From NCBI GenBank assembly GCA_017483605.1, contig JAFUWG010000053.1:1986-65985 (forward strand): a stretch of DNA of 64,000 nucleotides. Direction: 5' to 3'. The number at the start of each line of letters is the position of its first letter. The first letter of the stretch is position 1. Positions 18,237 through 26,966 of this stretch are shown piece after piece. Source of the stretch: Bacteroidaceae bacterium. GTDB lineage: Bacteria; Bacteroidota; Bacteroidia; Bacteroidales; Bacteroidaceae. Position numbers and translations under genes: made by a program. The notes below the pieces were generated by a model. It was not told where the DNA came from. It saw only the letters and a program-made list of their open reading frames with translations, and did not search any database.

Positions 18237-19178
18237 ATGAAAAAGGATCACAAAGAAACGATTCGTGTAAGAGCCATCAGTGTGGGTTTTGCGGTGTTGG
18301 CACTCGGTGTGTTCAAGCCCTTTGGCTTGGATGCCTGGAAGTGGGAGGTCTATGTCCACCTGCTCCTGATATGGTTGCTGGGTTTTGGTGTCTGTTTCCT
18401 GACAGAAGTCATCTTGAGGTATGTCGCCAAGATGCCCAGATCGTATGAACTGGGCGTTGACTATATCATCCGTCGCAACCTGTGGTTCCAACTCATCAAC
18501 ACTCCGCTCGTCTCGTTCATGATTTGTCTCTACCGCCATTTCGTGCTGAGCGATCGTCTGCCAAACAACCAACTCTCGTGGAGCAATTTCTTCGAGACCC
18601 TCGCCATCATGGCCTTCATCTCCTTTGCTATTGGTCTCTATTGGCGGTTCAAGTTCCGCAGCAGGTATCTGGCGGCAGAGTTGGAGGAGACTCGGCTGCT
18701 AAACGAACAACTGCAGGCATTGCAACGGGAGGCGGACGGGCGAGCCCAGACGGCGGAGGAGGGCAAGGATGGCACAACGGCTGAATTGCCAACATCGGCG
18801 GATGTTCCCATCCCGACAAGGGTGACACTCACGGGCACAACGGCTGAAACGCTGACGTTGCAGATTGCCGACCTCCTGTACGTGGAGGCGGTGGGCAACT
18901 ACGTGAAGGTCTATCATCTGCATGAGGGCCGGGTGCGTTCCGATATGCTCCGTGCCACCTCGAAGCAGATGGAAGATGAATTGCGGATGCACTTGACGAT
19001 TGTACGCTGCCACCGTGCTTTCTTGGTCAATCTGCAACAGGTGGAACAGATAGTGGCGAAGTCGGGCTGTATGCAACTGCTCATCAAGCACAGCCACGAT
19101 TCCATCCCCGTCTCTCGCAGCAACATGGCGGATGTGAAGGAGGCTTTGAAGAAGGGAAAAAGGAAAAGTGAAAAGTGA
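18237..19178 (+). CDS. membrane-anchored LytTR-family DNA-binding protein
   Basis: Track ORF starts at 18204, but the -7 box at 18221 implies ATG 18237 (MKKDHKETIRV). Four TM helices, then a LytTR domain (LYVEAVGNYVKVYHLHEG...CHRAFLVNLQQV). Confidence 0.8.
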   Translation: MKKDHKETIRVRAISVGFAVLALGVFKPFGLDAWKWEVYVHLLLIWLLGFGVCFLTEVILRYVAKMPRSYELGVDYIIRRNLWFQLINTPLVSFMICLYRHFVLSDRLPNNQLSWSNFFETLAIMAFISFAIGLYWRFKFRSRYLAAELEETRLLNEQLQALQREADGRAQTAEEGKDGTTAELPTSADVPIPTRVTLTGTTAETLTLQIADLLYVEAVGNYVKVYHLHEGRVRSDMLRATSKQMEDELRMHLTIVRCHRAFLVNLQQVEQIVAKSGCMQLLIKHSHDSIPVSRSNMADVKEALKKGKRKSEK

Positions 19179-19220
19179 AAAATCAACTTAAGAACTTAAG
19201 AACTCAAAAACTTAAGAATG
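19164..19220 (+). repeat. composite short tandem repeats (GTGAAAA units followed by AACTTAAG/AACTCAAA octamers)
   Basis: AAAAGTGAAAAGTGAAAAAT spans the LytTR stop codon, then CAACTTAAGAACTTAAGAACTCAAAAACTTAAGAATG. Confidence 0.8.
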
Positions 19221-19320
19221 TGAGCCACAAAGTTCGGTTGGAATGGCACTTTTTGCGGAAAATGGGGTGTGGCAGCACTTTTTTGTGGGCTTTTGGCTTG
19301 CGGTTCGCAGAATTCTGACT

Positions 19321-19328
19321 ATATTTGT
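19321..19328 (+). promoter_or_regulatory. -7 promoter box TATATTTG (polyferredoxin/AKR/tat cluster)
   Basis: TAnnTTTG match about 43 nt upstream of ATG 19372. Confidence 0.5.
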
Positions 19329-19371
19329 GCGTTTTTATTGTTTTACGTAATTGAAAAAAGGTGAACCTGGT

Positions 19372-20988
19372 ATGCTAAAATTGATTCGTAGAATCCTTGC
19401 CGTCTGCTTCGGGCTGGGAATCACTTGGCTGTTTGTGGATGTGTCGGGTACGGCTCACCACGTGGTGGGCTGGATGGCGAAGTTGCAGTTTCTGCCGAGC
19501 GTGATGGCTCTGAACGTGGTTTCTATCGCCATCGTGCTGGTGGGCACGCTGCTGTTGGGACGTTTTTATTGCTCGGTGGTGTGCCCACTGGGCGTGTTGC
19601 AGGACTTTTTCGCGTGGATGGGCAAATGGAAACTTTTCCGCAAGAACAAAAAGGCGAAGTATGCCAACAAGTACGGCTACTCGAAGCCGAAGACGTGGCT
19701 ACGTCTCGGGGTGCTGGGGTTGTTCGTCATCATGCTACTGGCGGGCTTCAATGCGGGCATGGTGCTCTTGGCTCCCTACAGTTCATACGGCCGCATGGTG
19801 TCGTCGCTCCTCCAGCCTATCTACATCGACATCAACAACGTGCTGGCGAGGTGGGCTGAGGCGAACGACAGTTACCTGTTCTATCAGGTGGAGCAACACA
19901 ACAATCCTTTCATTTTGGCGGCCATCGCTGCGGCCACGGCACTCATCCTGTTCGTGCTGGCTTTCCGCAACGGGCGCACCTACTGCAACACCATCTGTCC
20001 TGTGGGCACGACGTTGGGCTATGTGGCGAAGTTCTCGCTGCTGAAGATGAAGGTGGATGAAGACAAGTGTGTGAAGTGCGGCCTGTGTGAGAAGAACTGC
20101 AAGGCGGCATGTATCAAGGTGGAGAAGGGAGAGCCTGTCAAGTTCGACTATACCAGGTGTGTCGCGTGCGGCAATTGCCAGACGGTGTGCGGGAAGAAGG
20201 CGTTGCACTATGCCCCCGAGCATCTGGCTAAAGGGGCTAGAAAATCTATAGCATCTAGTGATTCTAGAAAATCTAGCGAGTCTAGCACCCCCAAGACAGA
20301 AGACCTTTCTCGCCGTTCCTTCCTCTCCATCACGGGCACTGCCGTGGTGGCTGCCACGCTGAAAGCCCAAGAGAAGACGACTGACGGAGGATTGGCGGTA
20401 GTGGAGGACAAGCGGATTCCGAACCGCAAGACGCCTATCACACCGCCGGGGTCGCTGTCTGCCAAGAACGTGCAGCAGCATTGCACGGCGTGTCAACTCT
20501 GTGTCGCTAACTGCCCGAATGGGGTGCTGAGGCCGTCGCAAAGCCTGGAGCACTTCTTGCAGCCTGAGATGCAGTATGACAGGGGGTATTGCCGCCCTGA
20601 ATGTACACGATGCTCGAATGTATGCCCGACGGGTGCCATCCGGCCTATCACGCCAGACGATAAACTCTTCATCCAAATTGGTCATGCCGTGTGGGTGAAG
20701 CAGAACTGCATTCCGCTGACCGACCAGAAGACGTGTGGCAACTGTGCCAAGCACTGCCCTGCGGGTGCCATCCAGATGGTGCCTGTCGATAAGAGTCTGA
20801 AGCAAGACCCAGAATCGGGAGGGTGGACGGATGCAGACGGCAACCCTGTGAACGAGCGTGACATTCTGAAAATCCCTGTGGTGAACGCGGAAGAATGCAT
20901 CGGATGCGGCACGTGCGAAAACCTCTGCCCCGCCCGTCCGTTCAGTGCCATTTATGTGGAAGGACACGAGGTGCACAAGGAGGTGTGA
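19372..20988 (+). CDS. membrane polyferredoxin, NapH-like N-terminal half fused to NapG-like C-terminal half
   Basis: TM helices plus CSVVCP/CNTICP and two CxxCxxCxxxC motifs in the first half. An internal SRRSFLSITGTAVVAATLKA. Four further CxxCxxCxxxCP clusters in the second half. Track uses TTG 19351; first ATG is 19372. Confidence 0.8.
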   Translation: MLKLIRRILAVCFGLGITWLFVDVSGTAHHVVGWMAKLQFLPSVMALNVVSIAIVLVGTLLLGRFYCSVVCPLGVLQDFFAWMGKWKLFRKNKKAKYANKYGYSKPKTWLRLGVLGLFVIMLLAGFNAGMVLLAPYSSYGRMVSSLLQPIYIDINNVLARWAEANDSYLFYQVEQHNNPFILAAIAAATALILFVLAFRNGRTYCNTICPVGTTLGYVAKFSLLKMKVDEDKCVKCGLCEKNCKAACIKVEKGEPVKFDYTRCVACGNCQTVCGKKALHYAPEHLAKGARKSIASSDSRKSSESSTPKTEDLSRRSFLSITGTAVVAATLKAQEKTTDGGLAVVEDKRIPNRKTPITPPGSLSAKNVQQHCTACQLCVANCPNGVLRPSQSLEHFLQPEMQYDRGYCRPECTRCSNVCPTGAIRPITPDDKLFIQIGHAVWVKQNCIPLTDQKTCGNCAKHCPAGAIQMVPVDKSLKQDPESGGWTDADGNPVNERDILKIPVVNAEECIGCGTCENLCPARPFSAIYVEGHEVHKEV

Positions 20989-21000
20989 AGGGGATGAAGG

Positions 21001-21048
21001 ATGAAAAGGTAAAAGTGAAAAATGAAAAGTGAAAAATTTGCTACTGCA
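21001..21048 (+). repeat. GTGAAAA-family purine-rich repeat
   Basis: ATGAAAAGGTAAAAGTGAAAAATGAAAAGTGAAAAATTTGCTACTGCA. Shares ATGAAAAGGTAAAAGTGAAAAAT and TTTGCTAC(C/T)GCA with 22677-22710. Begins 12 nt after the polyferredoxin stop. Confidence 0.8.
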
Positions 21049-21070
21049 ATAAGTGAAGAGTGAAGAATCT

Positions 21071-22495
21071 ATGAATGAGATGAATAGAAGAGACTTTCTC
21101 AAGATAGGAGGCACGGCAACGGCTGCTGCCGCCCTTGCCGCATGTGTCGGCAAGTCGAACAGCGAACTGGGCGACATCGACCCGCTAGGACACCACACGG
21201 GCGAGATTCCGACGGACAAGATGACCTATCGCACCAACCCCAAGACGGGGGACAAGGTGAGTCTGCTCGGCTACGGCATGATGCGTCTGCCGAACAAGCC
21301 CATGAGTAACAACGCCCTCACCGCCGACAAGCCTCAGGAGGAGGAGATTGACCAAGAACAAGTAAACAAACTCGTGAAGTTTGCCCTCGACCACGGGGTC
21401 AACTACTTCGACACCAGCCCTGCCTATTGCCGTGGACACTCGGAGGAATCGACTGGCATCGCTCTGAAGGCATCGGGGTATGACCGCTCGAAATATTTCA
21501 TTGCCACCAAACTGAGCAACTTCTCGCCCGACCAGTGGAGTTATGCCGAAGGGGTGAAGATGTTCCAGAACTCGCTCAAATACTTGCAGACAGACCACAT
21601 CGACTACCTGCTGCTGCACGGCGTGGGCATGGGTGGCATGGAGAACTTCAACAATCGATACATCAACAACAAACTGCTGGACTACCTGCTGGAGCAACGG
21701 GCACGGGGCTTCATCCGCAACCTCGGTTTTTCCTACCACGGCGACGTGGAGGTGTTCGACTATCTGCTGGAGAACCACGACAAGTACAAGTGGGATTTCG
21801 TGCAGATTCAGATGAATTATGTGGACTGGAGTTGGTCGAAGGAGTCGGGTGCCCACAATGCCGGTGCCAAGTATCTGTACGAAGAACTGGAGAAGCGGGG
21901 CATTCCTGCCGTCATCATGGAGCCGCTGCTGGGTGGCAGACTGTCGAAGATGCCAGACCACATCGTTGCGACCCTCAAGCATCAGGAGCCTGAAAACAGC
22001 GTGGCATCGTGGGCGTTCCGCTATGTGGGCAGCAAGCCCAACGTGCTCACCGCCTTGAGCGGCATGACCTACATGGAGCATCTGGAGGACAACCTTCGCT
22101 CGTTTTGCCCGCTGGATCCGCTGACCGACCAAGAACAGGAGTGGCTGGAAACGGAGGTGGCAACCCTCTACTACTCCTACCCCACCATCCCCTGCAACGA
22201 CTGCAAATACTGTATGCCATGCCCCTACGGCATCGACATCCCCAGCATCTTCACACATTATAATAAATGTGTCAACAAAGGCAACGTGCCAGAGTCCATG
22301 CAGGCAGCCAACTATTGGGAGGCTCGCCATGCCTTCCTCGTGGGGTATGACCGTGCTGTGCCCAAGGTTCGACAAGCCGACCACTGCATCGGTTGCCGCC
22401 AGTGCGTCATCCATTGTCCGCAGAACATCGACATTCCTCGCGAACTCACCCGCATCGACCAATTTGTAGAAAAACTCAAGCAGAACACACTATGA
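21071..22495 (+). CDS. Tat-exported lipoprotein aldo/keto reductase with C-terminal Fe-S cluster motifs
   Basis: [25 protein letters not shown] (twin-arginine motif plus lipobox). AKR core ([24 protein letters not shown]). C-terminal [11 protein letters not shown] and [12 protein letters not shown]. Confidence 0.85.
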   Translation: MNEMNRRDFLKIGGTATAAAALAACVGKSNSELGDIDPLGHHTGEIPTDKMTYRTNPKTGDKVSLLGYGMMRLPNKPMSNNALTADKPQEEEIDQEQVNKLVKFALDHGVNYFDTSPAYCRGHSEESTGIALKASGYDRSKYFIATKLSNFSPDQWSYAEGVKMFQNSLKYLQTDHIDYLLLHGVGMGGMENFNNRYINNKLLDYLLEQRARGFIRNLGFSYHGDVEVFDYLLENHDKYKWDFVQIQMNYVDWSWSKESGAHNAGAKYLYEELEKRGIPAVIMEPLLGGRLSKMPDHIVATLKHQEPENSVASWAFRYVGSKPNVLTALSGMTYMEHLEDNLRSFCPLDPLTDQEQEWLETEVATLYYSYPTIPCNDCKYCMPCPYGIDIPSIFTHYNKCVNKGNVPESMQAANYWEARHAFLVGYDRAVPKVRQADHCIGCRQCVIHCPQNIDIPRELTRIDQFVEKLKQNTL

Positions 22496-22680
22496 TACAA
22501 CCTCTATTTCTCGGACTTGGGATGCAGGAAATCCTCGTCATCCTCGCCATCGTCCTGCTCCTCTTCGGAGGCAAAAAAATTCCAGAACTCATGCGTGGTG
22601 CCGGCAAAGGTGTCCGGGCCTTCAAGGACGGCATGAAGGAAGTCACGACGGATGAAGAAGAAGTGAAAAGTGAAGAATGA
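22492..22680 (+). CDS. tatA: twin-arginine translocase TatA/E family subunit
   Basis: [47 protein letters not shown]: TM helix plus amphipathic helix signature. ATG overlaps the AKR stop (ATGA at 22492-22495). Confidence 0.85.
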   Translation: MIQPLFLGLGMQEILVILAIVLLLFGGKKIPELMRGAGKGVRAFKDGMKEVTTDEEEVKSEE

Positions 22681-22686
22681 AAAGGT

Positions 22687-22761
22687 AAAAGTGAAAAATT
22701 TGCTACCGCAGCAATTTGCCACCTGTTTCCGCACAAATGCGGTAGCAAATTTTTCACTTTT
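22687..22761 (+). repeat. perfect 24-bp inverted repeat (hairpin) in the tatA-tatC spacer
   Basis: AAAAGTGAAAAATTTGCTACCGCA (22687-22710), 27-nt loop, TGCGGTAGCAAATTTTTCACTTTT (22738-22761). The arms belong to the GTGAAAA repeat family. Confidence 0.85.
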
Positions 22762-22796
22762 CATTTTTCACTTATCACTTTTAAATTTTTACCTTT

Positions 22797-23525
22797 ATGA
22801 CTTTCTGGGACCATCTCGAAGAACTTCGTCGAGTGCTCCTGCGATGCATCATCGTGGTGGCACTCTTCGCTGTCCTCGCCTTTATCTTCAAGGACGAGGT
22901 GTTCAGCGTCATCTTCGCCCCCAAGAGTCCTGACTTTCTGCCCCACATCTTTGGCTCTTCGCCCGACATCCAACTCATCAACACAGAGTTGACCCGTCAG
23001 TTTGTCCTCCACATGATGACCAGTTTCTACGTCGGCATCGTCGTGGCAGCCCCCTACATCCTGTTCGAACTCTACCGGTTCATCTCACCCGCCCTCTACC
23101 AAAACGAGCGACGCTATTCCACGCCGCTCGTTGTTTCGTCCTACATCATGTTCATGTTGGGCATCCTGTTCAGTTACTTCATCGTCTTCCCCATCACCTT
23201 CCGATTCTTGGGGAATTATCAGGTATCCACCGACGTCGAAAACCTCATTTCGCTGGAGAGTTACATCGACACCCTCGTGTTCCTCAGCCTCGCCATGGGT
23301 TTCGTCTTCGAGATACCCATCCTCTCGTGGATTCTCGGCCGCCTCGGCATCCTCCATCGGCAGCAGATGCAGCAATATCGGCGTCACGCCCTTGTCGCCA
23401 TCATCGTCATCGCCGCCATCATCACCCCCACTTCCGATGCCTTCACCCTCGCCATCGTTTCGGTGCCCATGTACTTGCTCTACGAACTCAGCATCCTGCT
23501 CGTGCCACGGGGACAGAAAGGGTGA
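22797..23525 (+). CDS. tatC: twin-arginine translocase subunit TatC
   Basis: 242 aa. MTFWDHLEELRRVLLRCIIV N-terminus and six predicted TM helices typical of TatC. Confidence 0.9.
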   Translation: MTFWDHLEELRRVLLRCIIVVALFAVLAFIFKDEVFSVIFAPKSPDFLPHIFGSSPDIQLINTELTRQFVLHMMTSFYVGIVVAAPYILFELYRFISPALYQNERRYSTPLVVSSYIMFMLGILFSYFIVFPITFRFLGNYQVSTDVENLISLESYIDTLVFLSLAMGFVFEIPILSWILGRLGILHRQQMQQYRRHALVAIIVIAAIITPTSDAFTLAIVSVPMYLLYELSILLVPRGQKG

Positions 23526-23546
23526 ACCGCCCAGCCCTTCCCATCG

Positions 23547-24131
23547 TTATTCTGCCAGAGGTGTCCAGTTCAGGTCTTCCTGATTCTGCAAGGCTCCATA
23601 CGCCTCCAATAGTTCACTTTCCATCGAGGCACCTTCCTCGTCGCTGAACTCATCATCATAGCCCACCAGTTCGTAGGTCTGTTCCACCACGTTGTCGTCG
23701 GGGTCAACCACCTGATAGTGGCTCAATGAGGTGTGGTAGTAATCAGCCTCTTCATCCTTCTCATAGTAGTTCGTCGTCGAGCAGCCAGAGCCGCAGCCCT
23801 CCACCGTCCGCACACCATTTTCGTACACTTCCAGACGCCCAGGACCCGTCAACTCAGCCACCAGCGTCCAGACACCCTCCTTGGACGAAAAGAAGATAGC
23901 CTCTGCATTGCCGTCTTCATCGCTGAAAAGCAACATCGGCTCTCCATCCACCGTCACCTTGGCATATTGGGTGAAGTGGTCAGCCTCATCCACGAAGTCC
24001 ACCTGTGCGTTAATCGCATCCATATCCAACTCGACCACATCGTCAGCCACTGTTTCGGCAACCTCCGTCTGGTTCTGCTTGCAGCCCACCATGGCAAGCA
24101 CACAAGCCAAAAGCAAAAGATTCTTTTTCAT
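23547..24131 (-). CDS. acidic lipoprotein (hypothetical)
   Basis: 194 aa. Lipoprotein signal MKKNLLLLACVLAMVGC. Asp/Glu-rich mature part. Confidence 0.6.
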   Translation of the reverse strand: MKKNLLLLACVLAMVGCKQNQTEVAETVADDVVELDMDAINAQVDFVDEADHFTQYAKVTVDGEPMLLFSDEDGNAEAIFFSSKEGVWTLVAELTGPGRLEVYENGVRTVEGCGSGCSTTNYYEKDEEADYYHTSLSHYQVVDPDDNVVEQTYELVGYDDEFSDEEGASMESELLEAYGALQNQEDLNWTPLAE

Positions 24132-24215
24132 TGTTTAATTGGTTAGTAACATGTAAATCAATTTTTTAGGTCACATTTGCGAAAAGGCTTTCTATCCTCT
24201 TCTCCATTTTCTCGG

Positions 24216-24223
24216 CAAAGGTA
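24216..24223 (-). promoter_or_regulatory. -7 promoter box TACCTTTG (acidic lipoprotein gene)
   Basis: TAnnTTTG match about 85 nt upstream of ATG 24131. Confidence 0.4.
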
Positions 24224-24309
24224 CAAAAAATTGTCCAATCCACCCATCAATCTGCCACATAAATTTCTATATGGCTGATTCCATGCGATTTATACAGGTG
24301 ACCCGATTA

Positions 24310-24699
24310 TCACCTATTATAAGGTATCTGAGTGATTTTAACAGCAGCATTCCCATTCCCTTCAACCATCAAAAGATCCATGTGTGGAACGGAATCCAGA
24401 TTGTCTTCGGTTGTTGTGACACTTATGATGGAGTAACCATGTCCCCCCGTTCTTGAAACAGCAACAAAGGTTGGAACATGGGTTATCGTCCAATTACTTT
24501 CTGTTGATATATAAACAGAATACGAGTTCTTTTTTGAAGCAGGAAATTCTAAATGTTCTGGATTCACCTTCAAATCTTCCTCATCATCAACAAGGGGAGG
24601 ACCATACATGGCTCTTATGCAGCCACAGGCTCCAAAGCCAAGCAGCCACAGCATGATGGAGAGAAATTTGTTATAGTAAAAAGATGTTAGTTGTTTCAT
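24310..24699 (-). CDS. small exported protein with BACON-like Ig-fold domain
   Basis: 129 aa. N-terminal hydrophobic segment. LEFPASKKNSYSVYISTESNWTITHVPTFVAVSRTGGHGYSIISVTT...AAVKITQ fits the BACON pattern. Start overlaps the C10 protease stop by 4 nt. Confidence 0.55.
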   Translation of the reverse strand: MKQLTSFYYNKFLSIMLWLLGFGACGCIRAMYGPPLVDDEEDLKVNPEHLEFPASKKNSYSVYISTESNWTITHVPTFVAVSRTGGHGYSIISVTTTEDNLDSVPHMDLLMVEGNGNAAVKITQIPYNR

Positions 24700-26909
24700 C
24701 GTACATAAATTTTCTTTCCGTTTTGAATGTAAATTCCTGCATTTCGAGTTGCCATCTCATGAGTAACTTTTACGCCAGAAAGGGTATAGATACCAGCATT
24801 TGTACCTCTATCAATAGGAGGAACTTTCCCTATAGCACTCATTTGTTCTCTTTTTTTGAAAATTTTGATGTCATCAAGAAAAAGAGATGCATTTCTCGAC
24901 AAACTGCCCACAAAAGCCAATCTCACGTCGCCAAGATTGGGAAGAACTAATACCGTTTTAACCCATTCACTCTGATTGGTCACAGATATATCTGTTAAAA
25001 GTACCCATTCTTCTTCCCCCGCCTTCGAGTAATAAATAGAGAGGATATCTGTCGGTTCTGGATTTGTGGTATATTTACGGCATTGCAAAAATAAAGTGTA
25101 CTCCGTATCAGATGGCAAAGATATGGTGTTGGTAACAAGTTTTGTCGTTGTACGAGAACTAAAAATATCAGACAAGTCAGAGGTGTAATCCAAATAAGCG
25201 TATCCACGTCCACTCGCTGCACTGGGACGCTGAACAGACGGAAGCAACACCGAACGTGCTTTCCACTCTCCTTTACCAACTTCTTTTTCTTGAGACCATT
25301 TTGCCGGAATAACAGCCGATTCAAAATTTTCTTCCCATATAATGTCTGTTTCCGTCAAATCTTCACAATCATCATCTTCATCGATTTCATCTCCATTGAT
25401 TGTTATGGCAATATAATCTGTTCTACCACCCAATGTTTTTATCATTGTAGGAGTCTCTGCTGATGTACTTTGTACATAAGGTGCAAGATAATATGTGCCA
25501 TTTTCTGGAAACATCGTTTTCACCATCTTAACATTATAAGTAACTTTTTCATAGCCATAAAAATTATTAAGCCCATCCACAGAATCTGAGCCCATTGAAG
25601 CAATGAAACGGAAATCATTATCAAAGATCCCGACACCAATCGTTCCATAGAATTTCGCATCAGAAACGGCATAAGACGATTGATTCGAAAAACATGTTAC
25701 ATCACTCAGTGTGAAAGTAACAGTCTTGCCAATTTCAATGTTTCCAGACACCGTGAATTGATCTGCATAGAAAACATCTTGTTGATTCCCTACCTCTTGA
25801 GGGAACACATTGATAACCATACTCTGATATGTAGAGAATTTATATCCAGTCGGATTCAATGCATCTAATTCGTATTCACCATCATACGAGCCGCCCCATC
25901 CCCAATTAACATGGAACTTCCCTGTTTTGGAATTACAACCATCTATTACAAAAGCATGACCTCCTTTTTTGCTGTCTACCCCACCATATAACACTGGACG
26001 ACCTTCGGACAATTCATTGCACAATATCTGATACCATTCTTCTGGCTGATAATAAGGGCGATAGCAATATGACACATTCTTATTATATCCAAAGAAATGA
26101 ATCAAAGCGTATGGTACATCACTCATGTAAGCACCCGAGCCTTCCGTGTCATAATCCATGCCCACAGAAACACCACAAGCATACGTAATTTGTGCGACCT
26201 CCTCCCTGCCTGTTGCAGAAGGCCCAAACTGCATTGCAGGATAACTATTTTGCAAACTTTCCCAGTCAAATTTGGCAGAAGCAAAATCGAATGAACACTT
26301 ATATTTTTTTGTCGCTGACGTATAGGAAAAAGAATGATAGCCCGTTACTGGATATCCATAAAATTTCATCACCTGCGACATGGCTGTAGCAACACACCCG
26401 CTAGGACACCCTTTAGGGCACAAATCATTGTAAGGTGCTCCTTGCTCCCATGTCGTTTGTAGAATCGGTGCCACATCAGGGATGGAAATTGCCGAACTTG
26501 TAACAATTGGCTGAATTTCTCCATTTTGCAATAAATCATATTGTTGTCGGTAAGTCTCCATCAAATCTAAAAGAGCATCTGGAAGAGTATCATTCCATGC
26601 TCCTTTATCACCATATCCCAAAATATCTTTCATACGCTCATCGCCAGAAACAATAAGAAACGAAGAGGTGAGCGAGTCAACCCATACATAAAAGGGCTGA
26701 TCGTCCCTTCTTGTACCAAGGATTCGTTTCATCTTGCTTGATGCTGCATTAACACATTTCAATCTCTCTTGTGATGCTCTTATTTCATTTTTTAAGACAA
26801 AATCATACACAATCTGGGCAGACTGCTCCACACTCCGCGGCTGTGCTGAGGTCTTAGATAAAACCAACAGCATCATTAAGAAAAAAGAAAGATGTTTCAT
26901 TGTTATCAT
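24696..26909 (-). CDS. C10 family (streptopain/interpain-like) cysteine peptidase with T9SS C-terminal sorting domain
   Basis: 737 aa. Spi-type prodomain (FYVWVD...FLIVSGDERMKDILGYGD). Catalytic Cys region WEQGAPYNDLCPKGCPSGCVATAMSQVMKFY. C-terminus GIYTLSGVKV...GIYIQNGKKIYVR. Confidence 0.9.
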   Translation of the reverse strand: MITMKHLSFFLMMLLVLSKTSAQPRSVEQSAQIVYDFVLKNEIRASQERLKCVNAASSKMKRILGTRRDDQPFYVWVDSLTSSFLIVSGDERMKDILGYGDKGAWNDTLPDALLDLMETYRQQYDLLQNGEIQPIVTSSAISIPDVAPILQTTWEQGAPYNDLCPKGCPSGCVATAMSQVMKFYGYPVTGYHSFSYTSATKKYKCSFDFASAKFDWESLQNSYPAMQFGPSATGREEVAQITYACGVSVGMDYDTEGSGAYMSDVPYALIHFFGYNKNVSYCYRPYYQPEEWYQILCNELSEGRPVLYGGVDSKKGGHAFVIDGCNSKTGKFHVNWGWGGSYDGEYELDALNPTGYKFSTYQSMVINVFPQEVGNQQDVFYADQFTVSGNIEIGKTVTFTLSDVTCFSNQSSYAVSDAKFYGTIGVGIFDNDFRFIASMGSDSVDGLNNFYGYEKVTYNVKMVKTMFPENGTYYLAPYVQSTSAETPTMIKTLGGRTDYIAITINGDEIDEDDDCEDLTETDIIWEENFESAVIPAKWSQEKEVGKGEWKARSVLLPSVQRPSAASGRGYAYLDYTSDLSDIFSSRTTTKLVTNTISLPSDTEYTLFLQCRKYTTNPEPTDILSIYYSKAGEEEWVLLTDISVTNQSEWVKTVLVLPNLGDVRLAFVGSLSRNASLFLDDIKIFKKREQMSAIGKVPPIDRGTNAGIYTLSGVKVTHEMATRNAGIYIQNGKKIYVR

Positions 26910-26966
26910 AAAATATAGCGGGGGCAGGTATGTATATACTCACCCCCGCTCAAAATGTTTTTCGAA

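Noticed and set aside
19783-22462. Two long minus-strand ORFs (478 aa and 425 aa)
   Set aside because: Antisense to the polyferredoxin and AKR genes, which carry unambiguous Cys-cluster, Tat and AKR motifs. The antisense products are Arg/His/Val-rich with no recognisable features.
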